Both the position numbers and the translations under genes were made by a program. A DNA stretch of 59,066 nucleotides, counting the filler, from Fonticula-like sp. SCN 57-25 (lineage: Eukaryota): NCBI GenBank assembly GCA_001724245.1. It is 4 parts of 4 records of this genome, joined end to end, with 100 filler letters (N's around TTAATTAATTAA, not from the genome) between each part and the next. Parts side by side here need not be neighbours in the genome. Positions count along the whole stretch, not along the records: positions 31,311 to 45,185 come from MEDX01000169.1; positions 45,286 to 59,066 come from MEDX01000170.1; 2 more parts are not named here. One strand, given 5' to 3'. Shown here in pieces: positions 37,376 to 48,763 of the stretch (positions are counted from its first letter, which is position 1; the number at the start of each line of letters is the position of its first letter). The notes beneath the pieces were generated by a model. It worked only from the letters and a program-made list of their open reading frames with translations. It was not told where the DNA came from and did not search any database.

Positions 37376-39071
37376 ATGGCGGATCAGCTCGCTGCCAAGG
37401 TGCTGGAGCTTGTCGGTGCCTCGGAGGGCCCCGTGTCCTCGCTGGAGCTTTCCAAGAGCGCCAATGTTTCCCATCAGGAGATGATCGGCGCTCTCAACTC
37501 GCTCATCGCGCGTGATGTACGTGCCATTCTCTCTGCTGATGCGTGTTGACGCGCCGTGGTGCAGACGCTGGTTAACGAGGCGGTGACGGAGGCGGTGGTG
37601 TGGTCGCTCACCCCCGAGGGTCGCCTGACGCTTCAGGAGGGCAGCATGGAGGCGTGCGTCTACAACGCCGTTCCCGAGGGGGGCATCGCGCAGGCCGATC
37701 TTGTGGTACGCCTACTTTTCTAGCGGCGGCGCAACCGTCCCCTGGCCTCTCTTCTAACGACTTTTGAGCAGAAGGCGCTCGGCGATCGCGGCAAGTTTGG
37801 CGTCGGAAAGGCGCTCCAGTGCGGCTGGGTGCAGAACGACAAGGGGACGCTTCGTCGCAAGGTCGCCTCGATCGACGACACGCTGCGCACTCTGGTCGGC
37901 GAGGTGAAGGAGCAGTCGTCGACGCAGACGCTTGCTGAGGCGCAGCTGAAGGACCTTGTGAAGCGCAAGCTCGCCAGCTTTTCGACGATCAAGGCGTACC
38001 GCATCGTCAAGGGCGCGCAGTTTGATCGCGGCCTCGTGAAGGAGGTTGCCGTGCTGACGTCCGAAATGCTCCTTTCGGGCGACTGGAAGACGGCCGCGTT
38101 CAAAAAGTACAACTTTAACGCAAAGGGTGTCATCCCCGACGGAGGGCATTTGCACCCGCTGCTCAAGGTCCGTGAGCAGTTTAGAAACATCTTTCTCGAG
38201 ATGGGGTACGATCTAATGTTTTTCTTTTTCAATGACTTACGTGTACCCAGCTTCTCCGAGATGCCGACGAATAATTTTGTTGAGAGCTCTTTCTGGAACT
38301 TTGACACTCTGTTCCAGCCGCAGCAGCACCCTGCGCGCGACGCCCACGACACCTTCTTCATCAAGGGTGCGCTTTACTTTTTCGGTGCCGTTTCCCTGTG
38401 TTTGCTGACACCTCACAGACCCCGCCGCCGCGACCGAGTTCCCGCGCGACTACCTTGAGCGCGTGAAGGACGTTCACGAGAACGGCGGCCACGGCTCGGT
38501 CGGCTACCGCTACGACTGGAAGGAGACTGAGGCGCAGAAGAACATTCTGCGGACGCACACGACGGCCGTCTCTGCGCGCATGCTGTACAAGCTCGCGCAG
38601 GAAGGCTTCCGCCCGACAAAGTACTTTTCGATTGACCGCGTGTTCCGTAATGAGACGCTCGACGCGACCCACCTCGCCGAGTTCCACCAAGTGGAGGGCC
38701 TCATCGCGGACCGCGGCCTCTCGCTCGGCCATTTGATTGGCACGCTGCAGGCGTTCTTCAACCGCCTCGGCATGAACAAGCTGCGCTTCAAGCCCGCGTA
38801 CAACCCGTACACCGAGCCCTCAATGGAGGTCTTTGCGTTCCACGAGGGCCTCAAGCGGTGGATCGAGATCGGCAACAGCGGCGTGTTCCGCCCAGAGATG
38901 CTCCGGCCAATGGGCCTCCCCGAGGACGTCACCGTCATCGCCTGGGGCCTCTCGCTCGAGCGGCCAACAATGATCATGTACGGATACGACAACATCAGGG
39001 ACCTCTGCGGACACAAGATCAACCTCGAGATGGTGAAGGAGAACCCCATCTGCAGGCTCGACCAGTTTTAA
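37376..39071 (+). CDS. FARSA: Cytosolic phenylalanyl-tRNA synthetase alpha subunit
   Basis: Motifs [58 protein letters not shown] and [11 protein letters not shown]. Confidence 0.97.
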
Positions 39072-39179
39072 TTATCGCACGAAAAAAGTTCATTAATATA
39101 ATAAAACAACAAATTATCCCCAGAATTGTGTTGTACAGCGGTAAAAATGGTGATGATATACACGGGCGCAGTGCAATAA

Positions 39180-40518
39180 TTACTTTGCGATGGGAAAGTG
39201 GTTTCTCTTCTTGTCGACCGGAGCGTTTTCACTGACGCGCAGCTCTCCCCACGTGGTGTCGTCTCCCTGCTTTGTCTTGAGGGGCACCTTGTCGAGCTGG
39301 CCGAGGAGCGCGAGCGTGAGCTCTGTCTTTGTTGCCAGCCTGCAGTACTGCTCCAGCAGCGTCTTGTTGATCCTGTGGATGACTTCGGTGTCGTAGATAA
39401 AGTCAACGTCCTTGAACTCGCACTCGTAGAGGACCAGCGGCAGCTCGCTCGCCATCTCGTACGCGGGGCGCGGCCGCGCGATGGACGCGTCCAGCAGGCG
39501 CGGGATAACGTCGGGGGACTCGACGCCGCGGCCGATAAACTGCAGGACGGCAACCATGTGGCGGATCTGGTGCCACAGGAAGCCCTTGCCGTGTACCGTC
39601 AGCACATGCATCCGAAGACGAGGCCTGGACGAGCATCAGTATCAAAAAGGAAAACAAACACAGCATGGCAGCAACACTCAGATTTCACGCCAATATACAC
39701 TTCATTATTGTGCCCCAGGCGTACTCGAGGTGAGCAGTGTTCTTGAGCGGCTCAAGCGTGACATCATAAACCGTCCTAACATAGTTCAAGTTTGCGTTGC
39801 TCTTGTTGATCTTGCAGAGGTAGGTAAAGTCGTGCGTTCCGATGTACTGCTTGGCGGCCTGCTCCATGAGGGCGACGTCGAGGCCGTGCGAGGGGATCAG
39901 GTACTTGTACATGCGGCTCACGCAGCTGAACCGGGCGCTAAAGTCGTCCGCGACGGGCGCCCACGCAATCACGCGAATGTCGTCGGGCAGGATTCTGTTG
40001 AGGATGGCGGGGTAGTCAAGCTCGTCGGCGGCCGCGGGCAGCGCCTGGTCGCGCGTGGCCGTCGAGCGAAGCTTGAGCGCCAGCACCTGCTGGAATGCGC
40101 TCACGCCCTTGTCCGTCCGCCCGCACCGCGAGTACGAGCACGAGTGGCGGTCGACTACAAGACGCGCGCGCTTCAGCGCAGCAAACATCTGCGTCTCGAT
40201 CGTCTGATCCGTGTGCTCCTCCTGCGCCTCCAGGCCGCTATAGTCCCAGCCAAAGTACGCCACCTTGAGCGCCACGTGGCGAGTCCAGTACTTGCCCATG
40301 TCAAACTCGCGCATCTCCTTCACCCTGCGAGGGGTGGCGGCGGGGGTGGAGGAAGGCACCGGTACGGCAGCAGCACCGCGGAGGCGCCGCACCTCGGCCT
40401 CCAGCCGATCACGGGTCCACTGCGACAGATCCTCGTCGGCCGATGCCGGCGGCGACGGCGCGTCGAGGCGCGGGCGCTTTGAGCCGGCAGCCGCGGGGGG
40501 GGAGGAGGAGAGAGACAT
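39180..40518 (-). CDS. PUS3: tRNA pseudouridine 38/39 synthase (Pus3/Deg1)
   Basis: Motifs RHVALKVAYFGWDYSG, YSRCGRTDKGVSAFQQV, FSARFSCVSRMYKY, GFLWHQIRHMV and RPAYEMASELPLVLYEC. Confidence 0.95.
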
Positions 40519-40970
40519 CGCGGTCAGCCCGAGCAAACAGAGTCCCGATCTGGCGCCCCGCGGCAGTACCTGCAGCAGCACAGACACTCGAGGCGGCAAC
40601 AGCGTGGCGGCGCTGACTGCGATGACAGGCCAAAAACTGGTAGTTTGTGAAGTTGCAACGGACCAATCACGATCCGTTCTGAGCGTCGTCGGCCAATTAT
40701 ACACGTGTAAGGAGCCGTTCCGAAGCAGCGCAGAAGGACCACTGCGACGGGGAACGAAAACAGCAATGGTTGAGTGAAGGCAATGCTATGCTCAAGCGTA
40801 ATGAAACTGATAAAACCACCGTTCAATGTGCTAGTTATACACCTACCCTTCCAAGTTGGCCATGCAATATCAAAGGCTCGATCACATAGTTTAATATTAT
40901 CACTTGTGGTGTACAATGTATCCTACACATAAAATTTTATGAGACTGCGTTCAGCGCACGCTGGCTGTCT

Positions 40971-41578
40971 TCACTTTCGTCTCCGCCACTCTTCCCATTC
41001 CTTGTACCGCGATACCCACGTGTTTATCGACCGCTCGGCCAGGTTCATCGCCGCCTCGGGATTCCCCAGCTGCGTCACCAAGCGGGAGGCAAACTTGTAC
41101 TGCGACTCTATCGAGCGGCTCACGCTTTGACGAATTGCTAAACAAAAAGCACAGTGTCAGTCACGGGAGGGCGAGAGAGGTTCCTAGCGCACATTCCCAT
41201 CGTTCATCAAAGTCGCGCATCAGCGGCGGCACCTTTGCCCTATCGCCCACACGTCAGAATACATATCGGCATCAATTAAAAAACGTACACCACCGGCGGC
41301 GGCTTCTTCTCGGGGGCCGGCGCCTTCGGCTCGGCCAAGGACGCCTCATCCTCTTGGTGAACCACGAGCCGGATGCCCGTGTGCGTGTGCCTCAAATAAA
41401 AGCTCGCAGGCAAGTTTGTCTTCGGGTCAATAATAACAAAAGAAAAGCCGATGCACTGTGTCCACTCGCCTCCTTGGTCCACGCCACGGCGCCGGTAGCC
41501 TAGGCACGTTTCCGACCAGCCATCCTTGCCGCCCTTTGGCGGGGACGGCGGCGGCTGCGGAGCCGCGTCATCCGTCAT
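40971..41578 (-). CDS. Hypothetical protein (~170 aa, 3 exons)
   Basis: Two canonical introns join MTDDAAP...ETCLGY...TQCIGF...KKPPPVV|AKVPPLMRDFDERWE|SIRQSVSRS...YKEWEEWRRRK* in frame. No family recognised. Confidence 0.6.
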
Positions 41579-42792
41579 CCTCGATATGGTGAAAATAACA
41601 ACACATCACATGGTGGAAATAACACGATCAGGGGGGAGTCCCCCCCAGCCAGTCCCAATCGACCATGGTTGACCGCGCCTACGCTCACCTTTGGTTGAGT
41701 CGGCAATATGCCGTTCGGCTCATATTTGCGCTACGGACCCCGTGCACTCGTTGGGCAACAGGGGATGGTCTATTGTGATGCAAATATGCCTCGCAACCGC
41801 TGGATTATCCCGCCTGGTTAACCGTCCTTTTTGGCGCGCACGTTTTGCCATCAATATGCTGACGTATATCTGATGACGTCAACCCATAATCAGGGTGGCT
41901 CATTGAGACTTTGGTTCTTTGCTGCTGAGTATTTCAATTGAGTAGAGTCAAAAGATGAAATGAAATATAGCCTTAGCTCATTACAGGCTGTACGTAGAGG
42001 TTGGTAAATGCCATATTATATACCATATTTTTACCTTCTTATATGATGCTTTCCCGCGCTGCGCGCTTCAATTATGCTGACCAATCAGCCTCCCCGCAAT
42101 GTTTACCCACCAATCACATGATGTTTTGGTAACCTCTGGGGTCCTCTCCTCCACGGAAATAAACAAAAACATCCGTTGACTCACGTCTCCCTCTGCTCTC
42201 CATTACCAGGCCTCCCTCGCCCTCTCATCGCGTCCACACTCGCAACACCCTATTCGTATCGCCTTACGCTTACCAAGCCACTCTACCAGCAGACAGCTCC
42301 ACTTGATCTCTGCAAGTTTATAGCCACTGCGCTCGCGCCAGAACCGGCTTTATTTCCAACCGCGTATTTCCCGCGCTTTTGCTGACGTATCGGGTTATAT
42401 TGTGGGGATCGGCATCCGGCGTTCTTGGTTGTGATCCCCCGAGCCTTTCTTTCCAAGGCTCCGCATTTTCTTCTAACTAAAGGAGAGTTTCGTGCCTGCG
42501 CTTTCTGCGGCTGCCTTGATTAACCAAGAGGCAGTCTCTGCGTCCGCACGTCGCGTCTCGGGTTTATTAGCGCGGCAAACGTTTGTTTTGCATCGCGGCG
42601 TCTGGTTTCTGCCCATCCCTGCGTCACCTGCCTGAGCCTCTTCCCTACCGGAAAGCGCTCTCCCAGCCCGACGTACCTTTCTATTGAAGGGAGCACGAAA
42701 CCTTTGCATTAATTTATTCGCATCAATCGATCTCTCGCCCCGGAGAAAGAGGTGACCTATCGACCCTCTTTCGCGCGCATCCCTTACTGTAT

Positions 42793-43715
42793 ATGTCTGC
42801 CATCGCGTACAACCCGAACTACCCCATCGATGACAAGCGCTTTGTGGAGGCAGTCCGCCTCTTGGCCAGCAACTTTGCCGGTACGCTGCTCTTTCGCTTT
42901 CGCGCCACATTTCCTAACCGCCTGCAGACACTGTCGAGAACCCCGTCTGGCTCAACGACTATGACATCAAGCTCGCTATGATGGCGGACACTGCTCTGTC
43001 TGTGGTCCCGCAGTCTGGCCGCGGCGTGAAGCGCGCACGTGAGGACGCGTACGCGACCGTGCCGACCAGCCTGAGCTACACGAGCGACCCATCCATGGAG
43101 TCGGAGCACGACATCAAGGTGCCGCGCGCCAGCTCGGTCGACCTCTCGTCCGACAGCAGCGAGATCCACCCGCTTGATGCCGACGACGAGGACGTCGAGG
43201 ACGGCGGCCAGGACGAGTTTGACGAGCTCGCGGACGTCGGCGAGGACAACAGCGACGACAGCAGCCTCGAGGACGACGACGAGGACGACGAAGAGTTCCC
43301 CGACGTCGACGACAGCGAAGAGGCGCACACCGAGCGTTCATCATCTACTTCACCGGTGCGTCATTGGTTACATATATCTGTTGCTGCATCTTTCTCTGTT
43401 CTGACACTCTAATAGGGCAAGCGTTCGTACGGCCAGGAGCGCTACTACTGCGACTTCCCCGGCTGCGGCAAGTCGTTCTGCCGCGGCTACTCGCTAAAGT
43501 ACCACAAGTACACGCACACCAACGACGCGCCGTACATGTGCCGCCAGCCCGGCTGCGGCAAGCGCTTCTCGCACCAGTCGCGCCTCAAGCGCCACCAGTT
43601 CAGCCACAACCCCGAGGACCGCTGCTTCTCGTGCGACATTGGCGGCTGCGGGAAAAAGTTTAGCCAAAAGTGCCACTTGAAGATCCACATGCAGACGCAC
43701 GCCCGCAAGAAGTAG
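42793..43715 (+). CDS. Three-finger C2H2 zinc-finger transcription factor with an acidic region
   Basis: Last exon (missed by the ORF track): YYCDFPGCGKSFCRGYSLKYHKYTH-TNDAP-YMCRQPGCGKRFSHQSRLKRHQFSH-NPEDRC-FSCDIGGCGKKFSQKCHLKIHMQTH. Introns at ~42881-42928 and ~43356-43415. Confidence 0.9.
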
Positions 43716-43959
43716 CCGGCTCGGCCGTTGTTATTTGACATTGTTACTTGCCTTTTTGTTTGTTGCCAAACCTTGTTTTATTATATCGTTATCGTGTATC
43801 GCTAGTGTGTGTTTGTGTAGCCTTGTGCCTTGCGTGTTTTATTGCGTGTGTGTAACTAGTCATTTGCGTCATTCGGTGATGTGGCCGACCTGTTTTCTTT
43901 TGCTTTCGCTTCGGCTCGCCATTCTCCGGCGCCTTGTCGCGCGAGATGGCGCCTTTTAG

Positions 43960-43981
43960 CATCATCATCATCATCATCATC
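43960..43981. repeat. (CAT)7 microsatellite in the 3' region of the C2H2 gene
   Basis: Run catcatcatcatcatcatcatc is directly visible. Confidence 0.85.
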
Positions 43982-44284
43982 CGTCATGTGTTTTATCGAT
44001 ACGTTTTGCGCCTACCTCATGTGTGTTGTGTCATACTGTGTATCTTCCTGTGTACATGCGTCGCCCTTTCTGTTTTTGTTCAATCAATTCGTCCCGTTTG
44101 CCTGGGCCTGTCATTTTTGTCCGCATCGCATGGATGGTCACCACCATCGCCTTAATAGCATTTATAGCAATCACATTCAGTCAAATCATATATTCATGCC
44201 ATTCAGGCCATATCAAATATCAAATAATAAATATTTACAGCGAAATCAGCATCATTTGCAGCACGTGCCGCTCTAAAATATATC

Positions 44285-45185
44285 TCAGAAATGCATCAAA
44301 ATGTCCTCGATGACAACGTCCGTCTCCTCCATATCGACGCCCTCGTCCTCCACGTGGCCAACTTCGACCGCCGCCTCGATGACAAACTGGACTGCGACGA
44401 CGCCCGCGCCGCCCCCGACGCGCACCGTCGCGACGCCGCCCTGCCCCGGTCTTACTTTGCCGACCTCGCGGAAGACGCGACCGTCGACGCTCACCTGCAC
44501 GGCGGCAGCGCGCACGGCACCACGTGGCCGAGCAGGGTGGCCGCTGTGCAGCGTCACGGCGCGGAGCGGTGTCGCGAGCGGCTTGGAAAACACGATGCGA
44601 AAGTAGTCACCGGCACGGCCCGCGCGCGACGACGCAAAGTAAGAGAACGGGTCCGTGTCAATCGCTGTCAATGAAAGAAGTAAGTAAAGTGGAATAATCA
44701 ATGCAATATCAATACGATACAATAAACAATATAGCATTCACTACACATACAACAAAACCCACTACATCGCATGGCCGCGCACCATTTTCGGGCAAGTGCA
44801 ACCCGTCCGACGGCAGCGACGTCACCACACGCGCCTCTGGCTCCCTCAGGGCTGCCCGCCGAGGCATCATTGCCCCATTCGTCTCGCGCACCGCCGGCGC
44901 CACCACTGGCGGCCACATGGCCACAACAAGGCTCGGCTCGACCGTGCGCACCACATCAAGCCCGCGCGCCTGCACCGCAAGCAGCGACGGCGACGAAGCC
45001 AGTCCGTCATCATAATCACTCGCGGCCCTTTTGCACAGTCAGCACAAGGACAATATTATGCGTATAGGCGCACACTGCAATGACGTCGCTGTAGTCGAGC
45101 AGCCACTGGGCGTCGTCGATTGGGCAGCCGATCCCGCCGTCAAAGTCGCACGCCGTCCCGCCCGTCCGCTCCGCCCGCATCGCTG
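44285..45185 (-). CDS. MGAT4 (GnT-IV)-like protein, C-terminal part with lectin-like domain (5' end lost at the gap)
   Basis: EPSLVV...EPEARVVTSL...YFASSRAGRAGDYFRIVFSKP...VTLHSGHPARP parallels the MGAT4 pattern PSLF...NPPAEVSTSL...FW...AGDYI.F.F.KP...FHSGN.EHP. Confidence 0.6.
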
Positions 45186-45285
45186 NNNNNNNNNNNNNNN
45201 NNNNNNNNNNNNNNNNNNNNNNNNNNNNNTTAATTAATTAANNNNNNNNNNNNNNNNNNNNNNNNNNNNNNNNNNNNNNNNNNNN
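45186..45285. other. Assembly linker (N44-TTAATTAATTAA-N44)
   Basis: Same spacer as the other two; MGAT4-like and RPN7 are both truncated here. Confidence 0.95.
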
Positions 45286-46673
45286 CGTACCGAATGCGAA
45301 TCTCCCTTGTGACAAAGACATAGTGCCTGCTCATCCACGGGTCCCTCTTCATGACCTGCTCGACGTGCGCGAGCGCCCCAAACACCTCCCCATACCTGCA
45401 CTCGTAGAGCGCGTTGAGCAGCTCGGCGAGCGCCGCCACGTCCTCGCGCCCCGACGGCCCGGACCCGGCCAGCGCCTCAATCACCTCGGGCGCGTCAATC
45501 ACCTTTGTCTTGAGCGTCACGCGGTCCCGCGACACGAGCGACGTCAGCACGGCGTAGCGGATAAAGGACGACGTCGACAAAAGCTCAGTGCTCGTAAAGG
45601 TCGCGAGCGTGTCGAGGAAGAGCGACGAGGCGGACGCGAACGAGCGCGTGCACACAAGAAAGACGGCCTCGTACACCTTGAGGCGGTTGCGGCGGTCCCA
45701 GTCACCGCCTTCGTCAAGAACCCTAACAAAAAGGACATTAGAAAGGGAAATGGGGCAGGAAAAGGCCAAAAAAATAGAAATCGCATGCGATTTTCATATC
45801 AAGAACACGGGAGACAGCACACAAGACAGTTCCACTACAGGCACATGCGCTCGTGTGCACATGGTTCTTGAAACATTGCATAAAATCCCTGCTGACGTAC
45901 TTGTGGGCCTCGTCGACCTTGAGCTTGATGAGCTTGAGGTCGCCAAACATAAATGCGAGCCTGATGACATCAAAGATCACGTCGAGCCTGGATCCGACAC
46001 CGACGCTCTTTTCATAGGCGACGGCAAAGGCCTCCACGGCGCGCTCCTTGTCGCCGATGCTCGAATAGTGAGCGGCAATGGCGTAAAGGGCGTCGCGGAT
46101 TTCAACCGAGCCGGCGTTCTGCGTGACGTCGGCGAGCTGCGCCTCCAGGGCCTCAAGCTTTGAAACATTGGCTGCAAAGGGGCAGGAACAGAGTTAAAAA
46201 GGGTTCCAGTACGATTCAATGGGAATTCAATAGAAAGAAGACAATATAGAAAAGGATAGTAGCAAGTGAGCGTGTGCTCTCTTTCCACAATGGAGCTCAA
46301 GATGTAATTCAGTATGTTATCGTACCGGCCTTCATTGACGCGAGCAGGGCCTGATCAAGCGGAACGTTGGCATCCGCAGCGAGGAACTCGTAATACGGCG
46401 CCATATCTGCGCGCTATAGTCAGTTTCCGCGCGACATACTCCTCGCCGTCATGCGCACTGTTCTCCTTGATAATTTTCATGATGGCATCGAGAACGGCCG
46501 CCTTGTTGGGCGACACCTCGTCCGACGCCTTGAGCTGGAAACGAAGCTCGACAAGCGCCATATGGAAAAGCTAAGAACACACGCAGTCAGTTAAAACATC
46601 AGAGATGCAGAATAGACGCAACGGGTGCGGATGCCGGCTTGGTAGCCTCCGGGGCCGCTGCTTCAATGCCCAT
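45286..46673 (-). CDS. PSMD6: 26S proteasome regulatory subunit Rpn7 (3' end lost at the gap)
   Basis: Motifs NMAPYY, NAGSVEIRDALYAIAAHYSSIGDKE, GGDWDRRNRLKVYE, FLDTLATFTSTEL and FVTREIRIR. Confidence 0.95.
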
Positions 46674-46731
46674 GTTCAATGGAGATCGACCCTGCGCGCC
46701 GTTTGCGTTTGCCGAATGTGCGTCAAAGAAA

Positions 46732-46760
46732 CTGATGATGTCATCAGTGACGTCACTGAT
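46732..46760. promoter_or_regulatory. Overlapping CRE-type palindromes in the RPN7 / C2H2 bidirectional promoter
   Basis: CTGATGATGTCATCAG (46732-46747) overlaps the perfect 18-bp palindrome ATCAGTGACGTCACTGAT (46743-46760), which contains TGACGTCA. Confidence 0.55.
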
Positions 46761-46813
46761 CTGGATATATTTTCGATCCCGATTGAAGGTACATTGTGTG
46801 TCGCGCGCGAAAC

Positions 46814-47944
46814 ATGGCGAATGTGCGGGCGGTCAATCCAGGGCGCTTCTGTGTGTACTGCCAGAAAGAGTTCAAGAACCAAATTGCTGCCGAGCAGCAC
46901 ATGGTGACAAAGCATGGCAGGATTGAACCGCGTGTAATTCAGTCGGCAGATGATGCCGTGGTGACCGATACAACCATCACCCACTGGTACGCAGAGTTGG
47001 CGGGAAAAACGCGGGCACTGATGCCGCACGTGCAGCGCGCTTTGCAACCAGTCATTTCAGTCAAACCACGCTCTTCGTCAGCATTTTAATAGCAAGCATC
47101 CCGCTTTAGAGCCGGAGAACCACGCGGTCCGCGTACGCATCGGCATTACTTTCTGACCATCAACCTCACGAGTGTTTAGAAATACGCGAGCGCAACGAGC
47201 ATCGCCTCCACGCCGGCCACCTTTGACTCTTTCGCTGACGACTCTATCGCCGTTGCCGTACCGCTGCCGCCCGCTGGCTTTAGCCACTCTGATCCCGGCG
47301 CGCTCAAGCAGAGCTATACCGACAGCGGGCGGTACACGCACGTCGCCAGCTTTGATCCTTCGGCCATGGACGACGACGACCTCTTTGCGGGGAGAACGCC
47401 GCCGCGTGTCATCCAAAACGACGAGGAATCCTTCCCGACGCTCGGCGCCGCGGCTGCCCCAAAGCCAAAGGCCGCTGCGCCGGCACCGTCCTGGCGGCCC
47501 GCTGCTCGCCCGACGCCACAACCCATGCAGCCTGTGCAGCCCGTGCAGCCTGTGCAAGCTCCAGTACAAGCGTCGGTGCCAACGTATATGCAAACCCCCG
47601 TGCAGCATATGCGGCCAGTCGCGGAGCGCCCGCAGCGGCCGCTCGCCTCGCAGGCGCCTCCCCAGAACCCAGGGTGGACAACCGCCCGCCCCACTCAGCC
47701 CCCGACTATGGGGCAGACTGCGCGTCCCGTCCGTCCGTCGGCGCCGCCGCAGCAACTGCAGCAGCCGCCGCAACCGCGCCCCCGCCCTTTCCGCCTGCAG
47801 GACGAGGTGCTGATGCCGACGGCGGGCGGCGATTGGGCGCGCGTGCGCGTGCTTGGTGTGTCGGCGCAGGGCCGGCTGATGGTGGAGGACGCGCAGGGCG
47901 TGCGGTCGGTCGTCGAGGGCGACGCTGTGCGGCACGCGGCCTAG
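46814..47944 (+). CDS. Protein with two C2H2 fingers, an FPxL motif, a P/Q-rich linker and a C-terminal SH3-like barrel
   Basis: Spliced product has FCVYCQKEFKNQIAAEQHMVTKH, HCALCNQSFQSNHALRQHFNSKH, NDEESFPTLG, (PVQ)n and FRLQDEVLMPTAGGDWARVRVLGVSAQGRLMVEDAQGVRSVVEGDAVRH*. Two introns keep the frame. Confidence 0.7.
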
Positions 47945-48193
47945 CTGTATGATTCGAAAAGGCGTAGACTTTTTGTTGACGTAATCAAGCACATTTTGGG
48001 TTGGTGTGGCGAGTGCGGCACGGGTTTCGTCAAAGTGATATATATTTATAATAATTATGAGTTTAAATGAAAAAGAGGCAGAGGAAGAACAGAAACACAA
48101 GGCGATGAATAGATATTGAATTGCGTGATGCATGATCTTTTGCTTCCATTCTCGTTCGTCCTTTCCATGTCACAATTGGCGCGAGGAAAGTTG

Positions 48194-48763
48194 TCAGAGA
48201 AGCGTGCATCCCCCCTTCTTGCCATCCTTTGACTTTCCCTTCTTCCCCTTCTTCCCCCCCTGCTTGGCCTCCCGAATTTGCCTCACAACAGAGTAGAAGG
48301 CGCGCTCGACGTTGACGCACGTCTTTGCCGAAGCCTCTGTAAAGTCACAATTGAGCGTCTTGGCCATCGTCTCGCCCTCCTGCGTCTTGACCTGGCGCTC
48401 ATTCACCATGTCGCACTTGTTGCCCACCAGCACGAGCGGGATGTCCTCAGTGTCCTTGACGCGCGCGATCTGATCCCGGAAGCGGTTGACGCGCTCAAAC
48501 GTCGACCGCGTCGTGATGCTGTAGACAAGAACAAAGCCCTCGCCGTCGCGGATCCACTGATCACGGAGCGCAGTGTACTCCTCCTGACCGGCTGTATCAA
48601 GAACCTCGAGCACGCAGGGCTCATCGTCAATCACAACCTGCTTGCGATACGAATCCTCAATAGTCGGATCATACGTCTCAACAAAATGATTCAGGCAAAG
48701 CTGGATGGTAAGCGCCGTCTTGCCGACACCACCATCACCAAGAACTACAATACGATACAACAT
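48194..48763 (-). CDS. Ras GTPase of the fungal Ras2/RasB type
   Basis: [34 protein letters not shown] and [22 protein letters not shown] are the filamentous-fungal Ras2/RasB signature; polybasic tail plus CAAX (CTLL). Intronless CDS. Confidence 0.95.
   Translation of the reverse strand: MLYRIVVLGDGGVGKTALTIQLCLNHFVETYDPTIEDSYRKQVVIDDEPCVLEVLDTAGQEEYTALRDQWIRDGEGFVLVYSITTRSTFERVNRFRDQIARVKDTEDIPLVLVGNKCDMVNERQVKTQEGETMAKTLNCDFTEASAKTCVNVERAFYSVVRQIREAKQGGKKGKKGKSKDGKKGGCTLL

Noticed and set aside
46171-46325. U12-type intron or snoRNA in the long RPN7 intron (TATCCTTT seen on the minus strand)
   Set aside because: TATCCTTT is internal and preceded by C, the intron has a normal GTACGA donor, and there is no TCCTTAAC branch or convincing box set.
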